Positions 57,575 to 64,000 of a stretch of DNA of 64,000 nucleotides are shown piece after piece. The notes beneath the pieces were generated by a model that saw nothing but the letters and a program-made list of their open reading frames with translations, had not been told where the DNA came from and did no database searches. This stretch comes from Hydrolagus affinis (taxonomy: Eukaryota), in the NCBI GenBank assembly GCA_012026655.1, contig JAAILG010001217.1, positions 1 to 64,000 on the forward strand, given 5' to 3'. A program made the position numbers and the translations under genes. The first letter of the stretch is position 1; the number at the start of each line of letters is the position of its first letter.

Positions 57575-57812
57575 TCACCTCCATCGGCGGCCACCGCGCC
57601 TCAAGGCTCTGGAACTCCCTTTCTCATGCCCCTCGCCTCACCGCCTCTCTTCCTACTTTCAGGTCTTGGCTAAAGACCTTTCTTTTCAACCACGCTTTTG
57701 GTCACTTTCCTCCCCCTTCCCCTGGCTCAGGCCCAGCTTCCGTTATTGGGAAACGCTCTGAGACGCCGTCCGGCGTGGAGGTCGCTAAATAAATACGAGT
57801 TGTTGTCGTTAT
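57575..57812 (+). mobile_element. L2-type LINE 3' fragment
   Basis: CTCTGGAACTCCCT...AAGACCTTTCTTTTC and a terminal GAGTTGTTGTCGTT tail; homologous to the copy at 3332. Confidence 0.75.
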
Positions 57813-58066
57813 TGCAGCAAAGGGACAATCTCCATGCTATGCCTTAAACAAGGTCATGAATACATTTAAGTCAAACTTCCACCAGTTAAACTTCTCAGTT
57901 GCAATTTTTAAATTAACATTCAGCCAATTGGTCTACGATACAACTGAATTAGTGATCCATGAGGTTTCTGAGACTTATTGCAATACATTATTCTCATAAA
58001 TATCTAAACGAAGGTCAAAAGAACTATAATTCTACAATTTCCAATCTTCTTAATAACTTCATGTAC

Positions 58067-58367
58067 AATAATAATAATTCTTGCATTTGATATTGCACTT
58101 TTCATGTCTTCTAGATGTCTCTTTCAAAGCGCTTCACAGAGTGTACTGTAAAGTGAATTAACTGTATATTTGTGGGTGAAATATGGCAGCCAATTGCGCA
58201 CAGCTGTGTACCACAAACAATTGTGGATTGAAATGACCTTTTTTTTTCTTGAGGGATTATTATCAGATGGAGTAAGGAAACTTGCCCAAGGTTTTGCCCT
58301 GCCTGGAATTGAGCTCAGGTCTCTTGCTTGTAAGGCTGGTGTTCTAACCACTGAGCTACAGGAGTCC
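58067..58367 (-). mobile_element. tRNA-derived SINE, full length
   Basis: Minus-strand head GGACTCCTGTAGCTCAGTGGTTAGAAC (A box) and tail ATCAAATGCAAGAATTATTATTA; same family as the copy at 43543. Confidence 0.88.
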
Positions 58368-58714
58368 AGGACTAAATACTCTAACCTCTGCATTTAAGCT
58401 TTGAAATTGATGTAAATAGGTAGGAAAAAGCAAGTAATTGGTATGAACTGTATACAATACATTTTCAAAGGGAAAGGAAGGTCTTGGTGGGGGGCAAGAG
58501 TATTGCGATTTATTTGGAGTGAGAATCCTTAATGACTTCCCCCATTACCAGTGTAGGAAGAGCACATTTTTACTGGGGTTACTGTTTTATACAATGCGCC
58601 ATGGAATAAATAGAAGTAGGATTGTTTGGGTATATATAAAGCTTTACTGATAATGCAAATCGTCTCCATATAATCAGTCAAAAACCAAGCAATTCGCCAG
58701 GAGCGTAAGCTCAC

Positions 58715-58729
58715 CATCCAGGTTAAAGG
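58715..58729 (-). CDS. ANK3: candidate 15-nt microexon (AFNLD)
   Basis: TTGCATAAG|CCTTTAACCTGGATG|GTGAGC; phase 1-1, frame-preserving. Confidence 0.5.
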
Positions 58730-58883
58730 CTTATGCAACATCGGGCAACACGTTTCAGCCACAGCAAGCAATATGTAGACAGCCAAGTAGAAGGTTGTGT
58801 CAGTAATATTAGTAACATTTCCAAAAAGAAAACAACCCAATTCATTATGTTGTTAAACCATTACATCAATAAAGAAAAAATAC

Positions 58884-58946
58884 CTTCTTCACCATCTGAC
58901 AAATATTCGGCTTCACTGACAATTTCAGGAACATTGGCTCTACGAA
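58884..58946 (-). CDS. ANK3: ANK3 63-nt linker cassette exon (phase 1-1)
   Basis: CAG|TT CGT...GAA G|GTATTT; VRRANVPEIVSEAEYLSDGEE, which resembles recalled mammalian VRKANAPEMLSDGEYISDVEE. Confidence 0.92.
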
Positions 58947-59577
58947 CTGTATGATTTGAATAAAGATCATGACTTATTACCAAAACCATTGCAATGCTTC
59001 ACCGAGACAGAAGAAGAAAAAATGAGAGTGCTTGGGAAGATAAAAAACTACAACGTGTCAACATTTTTTTCAATCTTAAATGCTCAATTAAAAAAAGATT
59101 GCTGGCAAAAAAAATGTTGAGCTGGAGTTGCGGTTTAAGTTTGAGTTTTTGAGGCAGATGCATGGCGCTCACAGAAAGATAAAGGAACGAAGAAATGCAG
59201 AGAAAGGAAGGATGTGCCTGGAAGAATACTGAAAGAGAGCAGTAGGGGACTGTGGCATGCAGTGAAATGGAAGTAAAGATTAAGGAATGCAATGAAAAGA
59301 AGGATAAGAGTAAGAATGATATAGTTTGAAAGAGCGGGTGGCAAAGATGGTGGGTCACACCTTCATTGAGAAATAAGAGCAGATGGGATGGAAGCATACA
59401 GAATGGAAAGAAAATCTTGCCTTGAACTTGTATATATTATTAGTTTGTTTTGCAAGAGAAACCCAAGTCTACAAGACTTTGCTTAAAATCCACCATCCTT
59501 TACTTGTGTATAAAAAAACAGACAAAGTATCAGGTAGGTTAGTTTTATTCAGCATATTTCATTGAAATATCCATTAC

Positions 59578-59650
59578 CTTCATCATCAGATACATCCAGA
59601 AATTCATTCATGGTTTCAGGAACATTCAGCTTATGCTTTTCTGTCACAGA
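59578..59650 (-). CDS. ANK3: ANK3 linker exon (73 nt, phase 0-1)
   Basis: CAG|TCT...GAA G|GTAATG; [24 protein letters not shown]. Confidence 0.95.
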
Positions 59651-59830
59651 CTGCATAAAAAAAAGACTATTAAAAACTGTCTGGGAGTCAGAGGATCAAC
59701 AAAAAGCCATTTACAATATTTTAGTAAATCTAACATATATTCTTTACCATGCTTCAAAGGCATAGGTAAACTGAATGCAGTTTGCTTGCAATACCCTAAC
59801 ACACATAGACAGAATCCAATCAGAACTTAC

Positions 59831-59929
59831 CATTACAGAAGTTAAAGTTTCCTCTGTGACCACCTTCAACGTATCGACAACCGAGATATAACCCAGGCGC
59901 CTAGCAATGGCTAAAGCAGTATTTCCATT
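59831..59929 (-). CDS. ANK3: ANK3 exon, last ankyrin repeat (99 nt)
   Basis: TAG|AAT...ATG|GTAAGT; [33 protein letters not shown]. Confidence 0.96.
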
Positions 59930-61237
59930 CTAAAAAGAAACAAACATGGAGTTTACAATAAACTAGAGACAAATTCAATTCCTAGCTATTACAAGACGAG
60001 TGAGGAATGAGTGCGGCAAATTACAACGATGTCTGAAAAAATTACTGTTGTTACAGTTCTGAAAAACAGCAATAAAATTTTGAAAAGTTCCTGCCAGGTT
60101 TATAATTGTTCTCTCCCGCACCTCAACACTGTCTCTCTATACAGCAAAACAAAAGGCAATTAACTTGAGTTATGCATGCCTGGGAGGGGGGACATGGGGA
60201 TTACTGGAATGTTCCAAAATATTTGAGATTTATTCTGGGTTTAGCACTGCTCAGTGCACCCTTTGTACTCTGATCTGATGTAACATTTACAATCATACTT
60301 GCAGTTTATGGCTAATTAAACTAATTAAAGCTGGAGAGAGAATAGCTTGCCAGTTTTGTTTCGTCTGAATCTGTTCAACATTGGAATAAAACACAAAGTA
60401 TTGGGTAAACATTCCCATATCTTGCCTGATCTTTACAAAACACAGACTTGGTTGCCATACAAGTAAACTATATCATAATGATTTTGCCCAAACAAATGAA
60501 TTTATTTTAAAGTAAAATCTCTCTTTGGTTTGAGAAATTAAGTGGATAGAACTTAGATGTTTGGAACCTCTAATAGATGGACATGACTGTAAGCACTGCT
60601 TGTGAGATTCTGATGAAAGAAGCAGACCCCATTCTAGCTAAGCCAGAGAGTGGCTTTAATTACTCTAATTACTCGCCCAGGGATAGTGTACAGTATATCT
60701 GCATTACATTACAGTTTCCAGGTGTATAATGTGTGTTTAACAATATCACCAGGGATTGAAAAGACTATGGATGAGAATATATTGCTTTGGTGGAGGAGCC
60801 AGACCACTTACTATGTGATAGAAAATACAAGTGCCTGCTGCACAACCATGGCTTTGTTATTCATAGACTTGCTATTGCACCTACTCAGTTTTCACTGAAA
60901 TTTACGTCATTGTGATAGATACAGGGCATAATCTGGCAATGGGCCAAAATCAATTAACCTATTCTTTATTCAGATTATAATTACTACTCTACTCTTTGTT
61001 ACTCAAGGGTATGGAGAGGCAACTAGGCTGTGTTGTGGGAGGTAATTCTTGGCCATAACTCAACTATCATCTGTTCAAGGTGGCTGACGAATCACTGTGT
61101 AGACTGCTGATTCAATACGATTTGTATAAACCAACTGAGGGTAAAGAAATCAATTTACAACCCTGCACATTAAGAAACCAATGTGTTGTAATAATCCTTG
61201 CATTTGATATAGCCGTTTTCATGTTGTTCTATCTTAC

Positions 61238-61336
61238 CACGGTGATGTCATCTGGAGCGGCACCATGCTGTAGGAGGATATTTATGATATGTGTATGTCC
61301 CTGTTGGGCAGCCTGATGCAGAGCTGTGTATCCATT
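61238..61336 (-). CDS. ANK3: ANK3 exon, ankyrin repeat (99 nt)
   Basis: CAG|AAT...GTG|GTAAGA; [33 protein letters not shown]. Confidence 0.96.
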
Positions 61337-61435
61337 CTGTTGTGGAGGAAAACAGTGCATTAGTAAGGATATTTATACAACTGGACATGAGTTGTAGTAA
61401 TAGATCGAATCAGTACAGGCTGAAGTGAAACGAAC

Positions 61436-61534
61436 CTTTGTCTTTGAATTGACATTCGCATTATGCTGGAGGAGAAAGTTCACCATCTTCACGTTTCCAT
61501 AGTGGCAGGCGACATGCAGTGGAGTGTAACCGAC
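61436..61534 (-). CDS. ANK3: ANK3 exon, ankyrin repeat (99 nt)
   Basis: TAG|GTC...AAG|GTTCGT; [33 protein letters not shown]. Not in the ORF track; translated by hand. Confidence 0.96.
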
Positions 61535-61728
61535 CTATGACCAAAAAGCACACAAAATGAATGACTCAACCGATCCTCATTAACAAATAAAGGGAATATG
61601 GAATGGATTTATCAATGATTACAAATATCATTTGATACAGTGAGGCTGGTAACCCAAGACATACAATTTTCTACAAGATTACAATAAAAAACAATACCAA
61701 TTGTTTATACACATAATACAGTTATACA

Positions 61729-61828
61729 NNNNNNNNNNNNNNNNNNNNNNNNNNNNNNNNNNNNNNNNNNNNNNNNNNNNNNNNNNNNNNNNNNNNNNNN
61801 NNNNNNNNNNNNNNNNNNNNNNNNNNNN
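61729..61828. other. assembly gap (100 N), intronic
   Basis: Run of N. Confidence 0.99.
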
Positions 61829-61846
61829 GCTTAAATGTCTCTCTAC

Positions 61847-61945
61847 CTTTGTTTGTGGATCAATGACAGCTCCCTGATTGGCCAGCACCTCTGCAACATT
61901 CACTCGGTCCTCCTGGGCGGCCAGATGGACGGGCGTCAGACCACT
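61847..61945 (-). CDS. ANK3: ANK3 exon, ankyrin repeat (99 nt)
   Basis: CAG|AGT...AAG|GTAGAG; [33 protein letters not shown]. Confidence 0.96.
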
Positions 61946-62756
61946 CTGTGAATCACAGTGACATTGCGTTAACATTTCTGGAAATATCTGACTTTTAGAC
62001 ACAGTCAGTTTTAACAACTAGTGGCAGTGGCAGAAGTGAGACAGAACAGTTGTGAGGAAAATGCATGCAGGAGTAAATACGTTAATACACCTCCGGTCTG
62101 ATTAATATTTAATGGTAGGCCAGGATATCTGTTTCCATTTACAGTCGGCAGAATAACAGCTTTGTGCATGTAGAGAATCATCAGCTTAAATTGGTGAAAA
62201 TGTAGTTGTGCTGGTTCCCTTCAGATCAATGTCATCAATATTGGAATTGATTGTGCCTGAAAAATCATTGCTGTTGGGAGTAGCTGCCTCGCATGTGAAG
62301 ATCAAGCTGATCAAACTCTAGAAACTACGTTATTGTAAAGTCTGCCTCAGGCTTGTATTTCATTGTCGTTTTTGATGGCACTTAGCCAAGGATGTCACTG
62401 TGCTGAGGGCTTGGACCATCTGTGGTTTGTTTAAGTTGTTATGTACCCTATGATTGTCTTTGTTCGTGTCCCTGGGCCAGGCACAGTGAGACGAACAGCA
62501 TGAAAGATGACCTGCTCCACTCTTACTTTGGAGGCAACCATTCAAATACATGTTAGAGCTTGTTCTCCCTCTGTGTGGAGTCTTTCGCTCTAGTCTGGTG
62601 GTCTCAGTATCTCTTGCCTTTCCATCGTTCGCGGTTGCACGGGTAAAAAAAAATGATCACAAGGTCAAGAAAAAGTGATTCTTACAGAAATACAGAAATT
62701 ATAAGGGGTGCAGCCAAATTTTTTTGTAACATTCAGAAAATGCTCAGGAGTTATAG

Positions 62757-63139
62757 TAATAATAATCATCCTTGCATTTGGTATTACTACATATCACGCC
62801 GGAAGGATGTCTCACAGTACTTCACAGGATTTACTGTGAAATGGAGTGACTGTGTGTTTGTAGGCAGATGTGGCAGCACTGCCAAGAAACAAATGACAAT
62901 TTTTTATTTGGGGGTTTGTTGGCCAGGAACCTCTCCTCTCTTTTCCAACAGCGTCAAGGGTTCTTTAACGTCCACTCGAACAGGCAGACCGGACCTCGGT
63001 TTAAAGTCTTATTCGAACAACAGCCTCTTCAACAACGCAACACGCCCCTAGCACTGCATTGCAAATAATAATCTGGACTATTTGAGGTCCAAGTCCTGAA
63101 TTCACAGACGAGAGTGCTTTCACTGAGCCAAACTAACAC
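62757..63139 (-). mobile_element. Deu-domain SINE
   Basis: Minus GTGTTAGTTTGGCTCAGTG head; core AAGACTTTAAACCGAGGTCCGGTCTGCCTGTTCGAGTGGACGTTAAAGAACCC resembles the DeuSINE central domain; CAAATGCAAGGATGATTATT tail. Confidence 0.82.
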
Positions 63140-63229
63140 AGCTTATCGATTAGTATTCACGTGAAGTCGTGCAAGCAGGAGAAACACACAATACACACAA
63201 TAAAAGCTGATTGGAAAGTGGACACCTAC

Positions 63230-63427
63230 CTTGTTCCCAAGGTTTACGTTTGCATTTCGAGCAAGAAGCAAAGAAACCATATCGACGTGACCTTCCTGGG
63301 CTGCAAGGTGCACTGGTGTTATCCCTTGCCTGGTAACTGTGTTGGTGTCAGCACCATATTCCAACAGGGTTGTTGCTATATCCATCTGATTCTTCTTGGC
63401 AGCTATGTGCAAGGGTGTATAACCATT
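63230..63427 (-). CDS. ANK3: ANK3 exon, two ankyrin repeats (198 nt, phase 0-0)
   Basis: CAG|AAT...AAG|GTAGGT; encodes [66 protein letters not shown]. Confidence 0.97.
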
Positions 63428-64000
63428 CTGGAAGAATGACAGAAAAAAAACATGCTGACCAGTAATTTTAATTAAGGGAACATAAGAAACTCGGAAGAAT
63501 ACTATAATCCTGTTCACTTGAAAAATTGACAAACCAAAGCCTTTACTGTTAAACTGCACCAATGCTATGCAAAGTTTTTCTCACATGTGTATTAGATATT
63601 CAACATACACATTGTGGTGACTCTGGTGATTCTTGCGTTTTGATTTTATGGACATCTCACACTAGTAAATTCTATATTATTGCTCCCTCTCCTCAAATTG
63701 CAGCCAGTGCTGGGTTATAGCCCTTGATTACTCTGGACACACACACTCACATGCAACACATAAAATCCTGCCACTCATTCTTCAACCTGTCGCAAAACTT
63801 CAGTCTGCTGCAAACTAATGAGAGCATTTGAAATTGCCCCAAACTTCCAATAGACCAGAATTAAAGAAAGCTTTCACTTACAACTACAGTAATAATTCTC
63901 AGACTCGCAGTGGATATGGAGTAACTGCATGTTTGCACTTGTCTGTGTGTGTGTTGATGGGTGGTGGTGGTTGTGGTAAGTACCAATTTATTCGATGTTC

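Overview
Vertebrate genomic DNA carrying the 3' two-thirds of an ankyrin-G gene (ANK3) on the minus strand. It runs from the last ankyrin repeats (63.4 kb) through the linker, ZU5-ZU5-UPA, the ~7.8-kb neuronal giant exon (15.8-23.6 kb), the death domain, the C-terminal regulatory region and the obscurin-binding-type muscle exons (5-8 kb). The core exons were placed by hand with AG/GT boundaries and consistent phases. Introns hold tRNA-derived SINEs, Deu-domain SINEs, L2 and CR1 LINE fragments and a pogo/Tigger-type MITE. That repeat spectrum and the protein divergence suggest a cartilaginous fish, probably a chimaera such as Callorhinchus (inference). There are two assembly gaps, one inside the giant exon. 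I see no wholly new gene system; the interest is in hidden isoform structure. Main candidates: an sAnk1-like in-frame extension in front of the muscle exon, an internal first exon for a short ankyrin-G, frame-preserving microexons (12, 15, 27, 42, 54/56 and 99 nt), apparent absence of the mammalian AnkG-270 donor, and TE-derived splice signals and hairpins. Comparisons with mammalian ankyrins are from recall, not from a search.
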